Source: Macrostomum hystrix | Lineage: Eukaryota > Animalia > Platyhelminthes | Assembly: GCA_950097015.1 (NCBI GenBank) | Contig: CATNEN010000033.1 | Coordinates: 1 to 64,000 of the forward strand | Reading direction: 5' to 3' | DNA length: 64,000 bases | Shown here: piece after piece, positions 36,396 through 49,125 of the stretch | Position numbering within the stretch: position 1 is the stretch's first letter | Layout of the letters: the number at the start of each line of letters is the position of its first letter | Notes under the pieces: model-generated | Seen by the model: only the letters and a program-made list of their open reading frames with translations | Told to the model about the DNA's origin: nothing | The model's database searches: none | Position numbers and translations under genes: made by a program

Positions 36396-36647
36396 CCGTG
36401 CTTCTCACATGTCCCTAAAACTTGATGCTAGCTAACACTGACTAACTGACTCACTGACTGACCGATCAAGGTGCTTCCTAACCAGAGTGATTTACCCTAG
36501 CTCAGCAGGTGTGGTTCCTTTCCTCCCCCCGTCAAGGCAATTTAAAAGCTCACTACAATGGCGCTTCACGTGCGTGAGATATGCGGCACATTAATAATTA
36601 CAGACAGCCTGTGTGACATGAACAAGTGCCTCAACCAGTGTGTGATG

Positions 36648-37877
36648 GTTAAACAGACTGGTGTGTGATGGTTAAACAGACTGGTGTGTGATGGTTAAAC
36701 AGACTGGTGTGTGATGGTTAAACAGACTGATGTGTGATGGTTAAACAGACTGGTGTGTGATGGTTAAACAGACTGGTGTGTGATGGTTAAACAGACTGGT
36801 GTGTGATGGTTAAACAGACTGGTGTGTGATGGTTAAACAGACTGGTGTGTGATGGTTAAACAGACTGATGTGTGATGGTTAAACAGACTGGTGTGTGATG
36901 GTTAAACAGACTGGTGTGTGATGGTTAAACAGACTGGTGTGTGATGGTTAAACAGACTGGTGTGTGATGGTTAAACAGACTGGTGTGTGATGGTTAAACA
37001 GACTGGTGTGTGATGGTTAAACAGACTGGTGTGTGATGGTTAAACAGACTGGTGTGTGATGGTTAAACAGGCTGGTGTGTGATGGTTAAACAGACTGGTG
37101 TGTGATGGTTAAACAGACTGGTGTGTGATGGTTAAACAGACTGGTGTGTGATGGTTAACAGACTGGTGTGTGATGGTTAAACAGGCTGGTGTGTGATGGT
37201 TAAACAGACTGGTGTGTGATGGTTAAACAGACTGGTGTGTGATGGTTAAACAGACTGGTGTGTGATGGTTAAACAGACTGGTGTGTGATGGTTGAACAGA
37301 CTGGTGTGTGATGGTTAAACAGACTGGTGTGTGATGGTTAAACAGACTGGTGTGTGATGGTTAAACAGACTGGTGTGTGATGGTTAAACAGACTGGTGTG
37401 TGATGGTTAAACAGACTGGTGTGTGATGGTTGAACAGACTGGTGTGTGATGGTTAAACAGACTGGTGTGTGATGGTTAAACAGGCTGGTGTGTGATGGTT
37501 AAACAGACTGGTGTGTGATGGTTAAACAGACTGGTGTGTGATGGTTAAACAGACTGGTGTGTGATGGTTAAACAGACTGGTGTGTGATGGTTAAACATAC
37601 TGATGTGTGATGGTTAAACAGACTGGTGTGTGATGGTTAAACAGACTGGTGTGTGATGGTTAAACAGACTGGTGTGTGATGGTTAAACAGACTGGTGTGT
37701 GATGGTTGAAACAGACTGGTGTGTGATGGTTAAACAGACTGGTGTGTGATGGTTAAACAGGACTGGTGTGTGATGGTTAAACAGACTGGTGTGTGATGGT
37801 TAAACAGACTGATGTGTGATGGTTAAACAGACTGGTGTGTGATGGTTAAACAGACTGATGTGTGATGGTTAAACAGA
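36648..37877. repeat. 23-bp minisatellite (gtgtgatggttaaacagactggt)
   Basis: About 1.2-kb homogeneous array. Confidence 0.98.
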
Positions 37878-39250
37878 TAGACAGCTGGAAATGATATTAG
37901 ACAGCTGGAAATGATAGTAGACAGCTGGAAATGATAGTAGACAGCTGGAAATGATATTAGACAGCTGGAAATGATATTAGACAGCTGGAAATGATATTAG
38001 ACAGCTGGAAATGATATTAGACAGCTGGAAATGATATTAGACAGCTGGAAATGATAGTAGACAGCTGGAAATGATAGTAGACAGCTGGAAATGATATTAG
38101 ACAGCTGGAAATGATAGTAGACAGCTGGAAATGATAGTAGACAGCTGGAAATGATATTAGACAGCTGGAAATGATATTAGACAGCTGGAAATGATAGTAG
38201 ACAGCTGGAAATGATATTAGACAGCTGGAAATGATATTAGACAGCTGGAAATGATATTAGACAGCTGGAAATGATATTAGACAGCTGGAAATGATATTAG
38301 ACAGCTGGAAATGATAGTAGACAGCTGGAAATGATAGTAGACAGCTGGAAATGATATTAGACAGCTGGAAATGATATTAGACAGCTGGAAATGATATTAG
38401 ACAGCTGGAAATGATATTAGACAGCTGGAAATGATAGTAGACAGCTGGAAATGATATTAGACAGCTGGAAATGATAGTAAATAGCTAGAAATGATATTAG
38501 ACAGCTGGAAATGATATTAGACAGCTGGAAATGATATTAGACAGCTGGAAATGATATTAGACAGCTGGAAATGATAGTAGACAGCTGGAAATGATATTAG
38601 ACAGCTGGAAATGATATTAGACAGCTGGAAATGATAGTAGACAGCTGGAAATGATATTAGACAGCTGGAAATGATATTAGACAGCTGGAAATGATAGTAG
38701 ACAGCTGGAAATGATATTAGACAGCTGGAAATGATAGTAAATAGCTAGAAATGATATTAGACAGCTGGAAATGATATTGGACAGCTGGAAATGATATTAG
38801 ACAGCTGGAAATGATAGTAGACAGCTGGAAATGATATTAGACAGCTGGAAATGATATTAGACAGCTGGAAATGATAGTAGACAGCTGGAAATGATATTAG
38901 ACAGCTGGAAATGATATTAGACAGCTGGAAATGATAGTAGACAGCTGGAAATGATATTAGACAGCTGGAAATGATATTAGACAGCTGGAAATGATATTAG
39001 ACAGCTGGAAATGATATTAGACAGCTGGAAATGATATTAGACAGCTGGAAATGATATTAGACAGCTGGAAATGATATTAGACAGCTGGAAATGATATTAG
39101 ACAGCTGGAAATGATATTAGACAGCTGGAAATGATATTAGACAGCTGGAAATGATATTAGACAGCTGGAAATGATATTAGACAGCTGGAAATGATATTAG
39201 ACAGCTGGAAATGATATTAGACAGCTGGAAATGATAGTAGACAGCTGGAA
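37878..39250. repeat. 20-bp minisatellite (agacagctggaaatgata(t/g)t)
   Basis: About 1.4-kb array abutting the 23-bp array. Confidence 0.98.
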
Positions 39251-39689
39251 GTCTTAGCACAGAATTGGCTTCACGAGTGTACTTCTGGCCTTTTCTTCCA
39301 GTTTCATGTGTCGCTTCTGTTGCCGTGTCTTTCAAGCAATATAAACAGGGCTCTAGGCACGGGGCACAGGCGGGAATGTATGAGGCCATCGGATCAAAAA
39401 AGATTATCTGAAAGTATTGGGACAACTGTCATCTGAGATTTGGCACCACGGGAGAGCGAAAGTCTTCTAGGAATCTTTTTTCGACAGCATGGCGACGGTC
39501 TGGGGAAAATTTTATACGGATGAGAACAGACAGCGAGGATCCTGTACTAAGGCTTGAACTGTCTGGCTTTTAGTGACTTTTCTGGGAAATTTCACTTACA
39601 AGAGATCGAATACTGAGCTTTTGGATGTGATAGATATATGAGATAGGATACTTTATGAGTTAGGATGTTAGATGAGTTGGGATTGACAG

Positions 39690-42060
39690 TGAGATGGGAT
39701 ATTAGGTGAGATGGGATATTAGGTGAGATGGGATATTAGGTGAGATGGTATATTAGGTGAGATGGTATATTAGGTAAGATGGGATATTAAGTGAGATGGG
39801 ATAATAAGTGAGATGGGATATTAGGTGAGATGGGATATTAAGTAAGATGGGATATTAGGTGAGATGGTATATTAGGTGAGATGGTATATTAGGTGAGATG
39901 GGATATTAAGTGAGATGGGATAATAAGTGAGATGGGATATTAGGTGAGATGGGATATTAGGTGAGATGGGATATTAGGTGAGATGGGATATTAAGTGAGA
40001 TGGGATAATAAGTGAGATGGGATATTAGGTGAGATGGGATAATAAGTGAGATGGGATATTAGGTGAGATGGGATATTAGGTAAGATGGGATATTAGGTGA
40101 GATGGGATATTAGGTGAGATGGGATATTAGGTGAGATGGTATATTCGGTGAGATGGGATATTAAGTGAGATGGGATAATAAGTGAGATGGGATATTAGGT
40201 GAGATGGGATATTAGGTGAGATGGGATATTAGGTGAGATGGGATATTAAGTGAGATGGGATAATAAGTGAGATGGGATATTAGGTGAGATGGGATAATAA
40301 GTGAGATGGGATATTAGGTGAGATGGGATATTAGGTAAGATGGGATATTAGGTGAGATGGGATATTAGGTGAGATGGGATATTAGGTGAGATGGTATATT
40401 AGGTGAGATGGGATATTAAGTGAGATGGGATAATAAGTGAGATGGGATATTAGGTGAGATGGGATATTAAGTAAGATGGGATATTAGGTGAGATGGTATA
40501 TTAGGTGAGATGGTATATTAGGTGAGATGGGATATTAAGTGAGATGGGATAATAAGTGAGATGGGATATTAGGTGAGATGGGATATTAGGTGAGATGGGA
40601 TATTAGGTGAGATGGTATATTAGGTGAGATGGGATATTAAGTGAGATGGGATATTAGGTGAGATGGGATATTAAGTGAGATGGAATATTAAGTGAGATGG
40701 GATATTAGGTGAGATGGGATATTAAATGAGATGGGGTATTAAGTGAGTTGGGATATTAAGTGAGATGGGATATTAGGTGAGATGGGATATTAAGTGAATT
40801 GGGATATTAGGTGAGATGGGATATTAAGTGAATTGGGATATTAAGTGAGATGGGATATTAGGTGAGATGGGATATTAAGTGAATTGGGATATTAAGTGAG
40901 TTGGGATATTGGGTGAGATGGGACATTAGGTGAGATGGGACATTAGGTGGGGTGAGATTTTGGGTGAGATGGGATATTAAGTGAATTGGGATATTAGGTG
41001 AGATGGGATATTAAGTGAGTTGGGATATTAGGTGAGATGGGACATTAGGTGAGATGGTATATTAGGTGAGATGGTATATTAGGTGAGATGGGATATTAAG
41101 TGAGATGGGATAATAAGTGAGATGGGATATTAGGTGAGATGGGATATTAAGTAAGATGGGATATTAGGTGAGATGGTATATTAGGTGAGATGGTATATTA
41201 GGTGAGATGGGATATTAAGTGAGATGGGATAATAAGTGAGATGGGATATTAGGTGAGATGGGATATTAGGTGAGATGGGATATTAGGTGAGATGGTATAT
41301 TAGGTGAGATGGGATATTAAGTGAGATGGGATATTAGGTGAGATGGGATATTAAGTGAGATGGAATATTAAGTGAGATGGGATATTAGGTGAGATGGGAT
41401 ATTAAGTGAATTGGGATATTAAGTGAGTTGGGATATTAGGTGAGATGGGACATTAGGTGAGATGGGATATTAAGTGAGATGGGATAATAAGTGAGATGGG
41501 TTATTAGGTGAGATGGGATATTAGGTGAGATGGGATATTAGGTGAGATGGTATATTAGGTGAGATGGGATATTAAGTGAGATGGGATATTAGGTGAGATG
41601 GGATATTAAGTGAGATAGAATATTAAGTGAGATGGGATATTAGGTGAGATGGGATATTAAGTGAGATGGGATATTAGGTGAGATGGGATATTAAGTGAAT
41701 TGGGATATTAGGTGAGATGGGATATTAAGTGAATTGGGATATTAAGTGAGATGGGATATTAGGTGAGATGGGATATTAAGTGAATTGGGATATTAAGTGA
41801 GTTGGGATATTAGGTGAGATGGGACATTAGGTGAGATGGGACATTAGGTGGGGTGAGATTTTGGGTGAGATGGGATATTAAGTGAATTGGGATATTAGGT
41901 GAGATGGGATATTAAGTGAGTTGGGATATTAGGTGAGATGGGACATTAGGTGAGATGGGACATTAGGTGGGGTGAGATTTTGGGTGAGATGGGATATTAA
42001 GTGAGTTGGGATATTAGGTGAGATGGGATATTAAGTGAGATGTGATTTTGGGTAAGATTG
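39690..42060. repeat. 17-bp minisatellite (ggatattaggtgagatg)
   Basis: About 2.4-kb array with recurring variant blocks. Confidence 0.98.
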
Positions 42061-42489
42061 GATTGTGAGATGTGGCAGTAGTTAAGATAGTAGAGAAATA
42101 TTTAACTGACATTCGTAGATAACAACATAGATAGATAGCAGAAGTTGTGGAAGTATTATATGCAAAACAATCGAGTCAAGTACTCGTGCATTTGTCAATG
42201 GTGTGATGAAAGCTATCAACTATTGTGCATGGTATCTGCAGGTTTTCAACTGATCTAGGAATAAAAGATTTGCGCAAAACTCCTCACAAAGGGATCAATT
42301 GAATTACCGTTTAGTTAGACCGCTGGTGCTCAGCACCTGAATAATGTATGAGCACAGTCTCAGCGAGTGGACTCAAGACTGAGACGACAGGTCAGAGCCA
42401 TCTGCTACGCCTGTATCCGCAACTGGACTTTCAGAGATACATTATGCAGTAGTGGGGGCTAGTGAGGGATCTTGTCTGCTCTGCTGTTC

Positions 42490-42490
42490 G

Positions 42491-42542
<52 letters not shown>

Positions 42543-42608
42543 ATCTGTCTGTCTGCCTGTCTGTCTGTCTGCCTGTCTGTCTATCTGTCTGTCTGTCTGT
42601 CTATCTGC

Positions 42609-42642
<34 letters not shown>

Positions 42643-42665
42643 GTCTGTCTGTCTGTCTATCTGCC

Positions 42666-42728
<63 letters not shown>

Positions 42729-42787
42729 CTGTCTGTCTGTCTGTCCGTCTGTCTGTCCGTCTGTCCGTCTGTCTGTCTGTCTGTCTA
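42490..42787. repeat. (TCTA)n/(TCTG)n microsatellite
   Basis: Visible directly. Confidence 0.98.
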
Positions 42788-43186
42788 TAATATTTATTCA
42801 ACAGTCCCAGTTCAATTGACATCGGGAAGAATGTGAAAATAGATCCTCTCGGTTTTGAAATGTTTCGAATTTGAAAAGCTCATTCAAAGAAACGGAAGCA
42901 ACTGATTGATAATTTACGAGTAAAACCCGCGATTTCCACTCGTGAATTGAAAATCAATTCGGTCGAAGCGCTGATTGAATTGCGCGAGACTCTTACAGTT
43001 CATATTTAATTGAAATTGCATTCATATAGATTTCAGAAATTAATTAATTAGAATTCAGAATCAGAATTACCAGAATTAATTCCCCCTCCCTGTCTATCTA
43101 TCTAGATAGACAGATAGATTGTCCCTCTTTCTCACCCTCCCTCTCTCTCTCCCTCTCTCCCTCTCTCTCCCTCTCTAGGCTAGGCT

Positions 43187-43241
43187 AGGCTAGACTCTAC
43201 TGATGAGCTCCAATAAGAGCGAAATGCGTCTGGAGTTGCCT
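43187..43241 (+). ncRNA. Minimal type I hammerhead ribozyme, copy 1
   Basis: Core CTGATGA at 43200-43206; stem II GCTC/GAGC with loop CAATAA; GAAA; short stem III (AT-GC-GT); cleavage triplet GTC ending 43230. Stem I is ACTCTA/TGGAGT, extended by AGGC/GCCT. Confidence 0.88.
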
Positions 43242-43522
43242 TGGTTCGAATCTGGATTTCAATTTTTTCGATACATATCGGAATTGATTCCAACATTAGA
43301 TTTTAGAAATTCAATGGGCAGTGTCCTCTCTCCTCTCTCCCGCTCTCTCTCTCCCTATCTCCCTCTCTCTCAGGCCAGCACCGGCGTCTCGTACGACCGA
43401 GTCAGTGCCACGGAGTTGAGTGAGTGTGGATTGAGTTGCGGGGCGCTGCCGAATCGATTACGATATGTTGAGATTGAAAGCTGGATTTGAACAAGCGCCT
43501 ATAGCCTAATGGCTAAAGCGCT

Positions 43523-43577
43523 AGGCTAGACTCTACTGATGAGCTCCAAAAAGAGCGAAATGCGTCTGGAGTTGCCT
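43523..43577 (+). ncRNA. Minimal type I hammerhead ribozyme, copy 2
   Basis: Same architecture: CTGATGA at 43536-43542, stem II loop CAAAAA, GAAATGCGTC ending 43566. It lies exactly 336 nt downstream of copy 1. Confidence 0.88.
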
Positions 43578-44564
43578 TGGTTCGAATCCGGATTTCAATT
43601 TTTTCGATACATATCGGAATTGATTCCAACATTAGATTTTTGAAATTCAATGGGCAGTGTCCTCTCTCCTCTCTCCCACTCTCTCTCCCTCTCTCCCTCC
43701 CTCTCTCACACTTTCTCTCTCCCCCTCTCTCCCTCTCTTTCCCACTCTCCTTAGTGCCCGGAATCGAAGCTGTTCTTTTCTCTCCCTCACTCCCTCTACC
43801 CCGTCTCTCTTACTCTCTCTCTCTCACCTCTCCCTCTCTCTCAAGCCACCTAAGCGTTGTATGACTTTATTTTATTCTACAATACTTGCCCTCAATGCAT
43901 AGTTCTAGCCGGCTTATTTCGCAGCAATAAACTCGGTCTCAGTATATTTGACAACACTACTGAGGCAGCCAATAACTAAGCTGTACTGCTTGTTGCCATG
44001 CAAGCTTTCATAAACTGCTCAAGCGTCCATGCTCCGTCTCTCTTTCACTCACTCCCATGGGCTCCATGAGCTGTGAGAGCTTTGCTCAGGGGAGGGCCAA
44101 ATCCCGCAATATTCTGGTAGCAACTGCGGGCCCGAGAACTTCGGCTCCGTCGCCTGCAAGGAGGGCCTGTCAGGCGACTGCTCCGGAATTATATGCGCTA
44201 CAAATCCCCTGTGTTTAGCTGGCGACCTTTCCCCCTTCCCCTACCCCGAGCCCCACGGGTTAAATAGAACCCAGTGGGACTCTGACCTACCGTATCTTCC
44301 TTCTCCTTTCCTTCTTGTGTCTGCTTTCTGCTCCTGGGCATCAGTATGTTGCTGCTTCTCTTGACAGAGCAACAAGGCAGAAATTTTTATAGTTATTATA
44401 ATTACTGATGCGCAAAATATGTTAATTTGTCCGCTTAAATTCCACTAAGATTACAAAGTGCACATCGTTATAAATTAATGGTACAGCATAATTTGGAGAG
44501 ACACTCTTCAGACTGCCTTCTGACATACTCGAACTTCGATGGCTGCCAATCACAGCCAAATTTG

Positions 44565-44915
44565 ACTTCAGCCATTTATAGCGTACCAGCCAATCACAGC
44601 TAAGCCACCTAGTCTAGACCCCAAGCCATTCCTAGCTAACAACCAATCACAGCTTAGCCAGCTAGTTTAGACCCCAAGCCATTCCTAGCTAACAACCAAT
44701 CACAACTAAGCCACCTAGTCTAGACCCCAGGCCATTCCTAGCTAACAGCCAATCACAGCTTAGCCAGCTAGTTTAGACCCCAAGCCATTCCTAGCTAACA
44801 GCCAATCACAGCTTAGCCAGCTAGTCTAGACCCCAAGCCATTCCTAGCTAGCAGCCAATCACAACTAAGCCAGCTAGCTTGGAACCAAGCAATTCAAGTT
44901 TATCAGCCAATCACC
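44565..44915. repeat. About 56-bp repeat containing agccaatcac
   Basis: About 5 copies of ccaatcacagcttagccagctagtttagaccccaagccattcctagctaac. Confidence 0.92.
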
Positions 44916-45630
44916 GTAGCCTATTTAGGAGTTTGATAAACAAACGTTTTCTTTTCCTAGGCTAATTTTTCCCTTAGATTGCGACAAAGAAACGTGAAAA
45001 GCATATTTCCTAGCCAGCTACTATGAGTAGCCATGTTTAGATTTAGTTGCTAAAAGAAATGGAAACTAAGATTAAATTACCCAGAAGTACAAATTGCAAA
45101 GGAAACTGGCTAGCACCCACCGTTTCCAGTGCAAAGCAAGACCCGAACAGGCAACATGTTTCAATACACTCTTTATTGCGTCTTCCTGTGGGATTTGCTC
45201 TTATTAATTCATTGCGCTGTTGAGGATACGTCAACCGTCAACTATTCTCTCTTCTCTCCGCAGATCTGCCTCGCACGCAGCTTTTCCTGCGTGAATGCCG
45301 GAAGACTTGTTGAAGCATTGCGCGCCCTCTGCCCAGGTTCTGGCTCGCTCACAGGCAACGGGGTTGGGAGGTGGGAAGAATGGGAGAATTCGTGTGGTTG
45401 CTTCTTTCTTGTACAGTTTGTGCGGGCTATTGACTGAGTAGCTGGGAGTGGGGACGAGAGGAGGGAGAGAGAGAACAGGCCTTCATTTCTAGTGAGCAAT
45501 GGAGTTCCGTGAGCGTCTATTAGACTGGACCAGGGGAGCAGCGAGACCTTCCTCTACTAGAAGCAAGAAGAGCAGCAAAAGTAGAATTAACCCCACGGAC
45601 ACAAAAATATTTATCAGCGCGGCTTCCAAA

Positions 45631-48600
45631 ATGGCCAGTCAGATGCTGCTGCTGCTGCTGCTGCTGCTGCTGTCTATGGTCCAACTGCCTGGTCGCAGTT
45701 ACGCCTGCTATGATTCAGTTCGTCTCTACCCGGTTGCCAACGAACAGGCGTGGATCCGGGTTCGACTGCAGCTGCCGCCTGCCTGCAGCCTGGCCAACGT
45801 GGGCACCTCGATGGCTCCCGTGCTGAGCATCCAGCAGGTGAATTCTTCACAAGCTGTGCACCGATCGGTTGTGCAGACACTGAGGCAACTGCCGGGCAGC
45901 GATCGACTGGACCTACTGCACACTTTCAGAGGCCTGCGACCCGGTAGAGCCTACTTTGTGTGCTTGAGTAAGCACCAGCTGGTGTTAAAGTCCAACATGA
46001 CGGTCTACACCAAGCAGCAGGAGTGTTCGCCAGCGAGTACACAGGAGGCGCCCGGACCCACAAGGTGGGACAGCATCCTCGGTGTCTGCCTGTCCATGCT
46101 GTACATCTTGACCTTGGTGAGAACTGGTCCTTGTACACCCGATCTTTCCATCCACTGGAGATTAGAGAGCGTGACACACACACCCTCAATTACTCCATTT
46201 ATACCAGTACAAACTTTTGGAGTCGAGTAGGGAATCGAACCCCCGACCTTCTTAAGTTGTGAGACCGGCGTTCAAGCCCCTAGACTACATTATAATGCGC
46301 GAATAACAGATTCAACACTTCAAAAGAGCTAGTATACATTAGAAAAAAAAATTCAAATTTGATTTTGTACTTTATAATATAATCTCATCGAGAAATCGAA
46401 AATATACAAGCCATATTCACACCATGCTACAGGGCCAAGCCCCCCTGAAACTCAATCCGCATCGATGAGTTTGCTCAATCCAAAATGAAAGCGATCAAAT
46501 TTCTTCTATCGTAAAAATGCATTTTTCCATTATCACAGTCATCTTTTATGCTAGCAATAGCTTATTCAAACTTTTTTGCGCTCTGCATGAAAATAATTTA
46601 CTACACACCCTGAGCAGCTCAGCACTGGAATCCCACACCCTGAGCAGCTCTAGTCTGGAATCCCACACTCTGACCACCTCAGCACTGGAATCCCACACTC
46701 TGACCACCTCAGCACTGGAATCCCACACCCTGACCACCTCAGCACTGGAATCCCACACCCTGACCACCTTAGCACTGGAATCCCACACCCTGACCACCTC
46801 AGCACTGGAATCCCACACCCTGACCACCTCAGCACTGGAATCCCACACTCTGACCACCTCAGCACTGGAATCCCACACTGTGACCACCTCAGCACTGGAA
46901 TCCCACACTCTGACCACCTCAGCACTGGAATCCCACACCCTGACCACCTCAGCACTGGAATCCCACACCCTGACCACCTCAGCACTGGAATCCCACACTC
47001 TGACCACCTCAGCACTGGAATCCCACACTCTGAGCAGCTCTAGTCTGGAATCCCACACTCTGACCACCTCAGCACTGGAATCCCACACCCTGACCACCTC
47101 AGCACTGGAATCCCACACCCTGACCACCTCAGCACTGGAATCCCACACCCTGACCACCTCAGCACTGGAATCCCACACTCTGACCTCATCGGCACTGGAA
47201 TCCCACACTCTGACCACCTCAGCACTGGAATCCCACACCCTGACCACCTCAGCACTGGAATCCCACACCCTGACCACCTCAGCAGTGGAATCCCACACTC
47301 TGACCACCTCAGCACTGGAATCCCACACCCTGACCACCTCAGCACTGGAATCCCACACCCTGACCACCTCGGCACTGGAATCCCACACTCTGACCACCTC
47401 AGCACTGGAATCCAACACTCTGACCACCTCAGCACTGGAATCCCACACCCTGACCACAACAGCACTGCAATCCCACACGCTGACCACCTCAGCACTGGAA
47501 TCCCACACGCTGACCACCTCAGCACTGGAATCCCACACCCTGACCACCTCAGCACTGGAATCCCACACCCTGACCACCTCAGCACTGGAATCCCACACCC
47601 TGACCACCTCAGCACTGGAATCCCACACCCTGACCACCTCAGCACTGGAATCCCACACCCTGACCACATCGGCACTGGAATCCCACACTCTGACCACCTC
47701 AGCACTGGAATCCCACACTCTGACCACCTCAGCAGTGGAATCCCACACCCTGACCACCTCAGCACTGGAATCCCACACCCTGACCACCTCAGCACTGGAA
47801 TCCCACACCCTGACCACCTCAGCACTGGAATCCCACACCCTGACCACCTCGGCACTGGAATCCCACACTCTGACCACCTCAGCACTGGAATCCAACACTC
47901 TGACCACCTCAGCACTGGAATCCCACACCCTGACCACAACAGCACTGCAATCCCACACGCTGACCACCTCAGCACTGGAATCCCACACCCTGACCACCTC
48001 AGCACTGGAATCCCACACTCTGACCTCATCGGCACTGGAATCCCACACTCTGACCACCTCAGCACTGGAATCCCACACCCTGACCACCTCAGCACTGGAA
48101 TCCCACACCCTGACCACATCGGCACTGGAATCCCACACTCTGACCACCTCAGCACTGGAATCCCACACTCTGACCACCTCAGCAGTGGAATCCCACACCC
48201 TGACCACCTCAGCACTGGAATCCCACACCCTGACCACCTCAGCACTGGAATCCCACACCCTGACCACCTCAGCACTGGAATCCCACACCCTGACCACCTC
48301 GGCACTGGAATCCCACACTCTGACCACCTCAGCACTGGAATCCAACACTCTGACCACCTCAGCACTGGAATCCCACACCCTGACCACAACAGCACTGCAA
48401 TCCCACACGCTGACCACCTCAGCACTGGAATCCCACACCCTGACCACCTCAGCACTGGAATCCCACACTCTGACCACCTCAGCACTGGAATCCCACACCC
48501 TGACCACCTCAGCACTGGAATCCCACACCCTGACCACCTCAGCACTGGAATCCCACACCCTGACCACCTCAGCACTGGAATCCCACACCCTGACCACCTC

Positions 48601-49069
48601 GGCACTGGAATCCCACACTCTGACCACCTCAGCACTGGAATCCCACACTCTGAACACCTCAGCACTGGAATCCCACACCCTGAGCAGCACTACTCTGGAA
48701 TCCCACACCCTGACCACCTCAGCACTGGAATCCCACACCCTGACCACCTCGGCACTGGAATCCCACACTCTGACCACCTCAGCACTGGAATCCCACACTC
48801 TGAACACCTCAGCACTGGAATCCCACACCCTGAGCAGCACTACTCTGGAATCCCACATCCTCACGCCACCACAGCCTACCGCTCTTCCCTAATCCCACCG
48901 CCAGCTGCTTCTGGCTGTCATTTGTTGGCGCTTTCGCACCTGCCTGGGCCAGTGGAGCGGCGAGGTGGCCTGCGACCCGGAGACTGGCTCGGCCGCCAAA
49001 AAGGCGGAGGCAGCGGCTGCCGCAGAACCGGTGGTGGCCACGAGAGTGATGCGATCCACGCTGATCTGA
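45631..49069 (+). CDS. Small type I membrane protein: signal peptide, FN3-like domain, TM helix, short tail (2 exons)
   Basis: Exon 1 is 45631-46116 (caaaATGG, donor gtgaga, phase 0); exon 2 is 48905-49069 (acceptor ccag). Splicing completes a TM helix, ILGVCLSMLYILTL|LLLAVICWRFR. FN3-like motif LRPGRAYFVC; C-terminus STLI. Confidence 0.75.
46219..46289 (-). mobile_element. tRNA-like head of SINE family A, truncated copy
   Basis: The reverse complement tgtagtctagggg...ctcacaacttaagaaggtcgggggttcgattccctactcgac matches the head at 60363. Confidence 0.65.
46603..48860. repeat. 27-bp minisatellite (tgaccacctcagcactggaatcccacac) inside the intron of the FN3-TM gene
   Basis: About 2.25-kb array; unit length is divisible by 3, giving long stop-free frames. 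Confidence 0.98.
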
Positions 49070-49125
49070 TGTGCCTTCCGAAAGCAGCTGTTTTATAATT
49101 GCGATTTTTTAAATGTTGTTATTGC

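Larger units (their letters stand above)
43187..43680 (+). mobile_element. Retrozyme-like / Sm-alpha-like tandem repeat (about 1.5 units of 336 bp)
   Basis: About 160 nt from each hammerhead onward are nearly identical between copies. Includes a tRNA-like A box (tagcctaatgg 43502-43512) and B box (ggttcgaatcc 43579-43589). Flanked by CT microsatellites. Confidence 0.75.

Noticed and set aside
36648-39250. CRISPR-like appearance of regular 20-23-bp repeats
   Set aside because: No unique spacers, no cas genes, and a eukaryotic context.
46517-48892. 791-aa mucin-like (TTSALESHT)n ORF and antisense 772/541-aa ORFs
   Set aside because: They arise from a 27-bp minisatellite open in several frames on both strands and lie within the intron of the FN3-TM gene. 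The ORF stops before the exon 2 acceptor.
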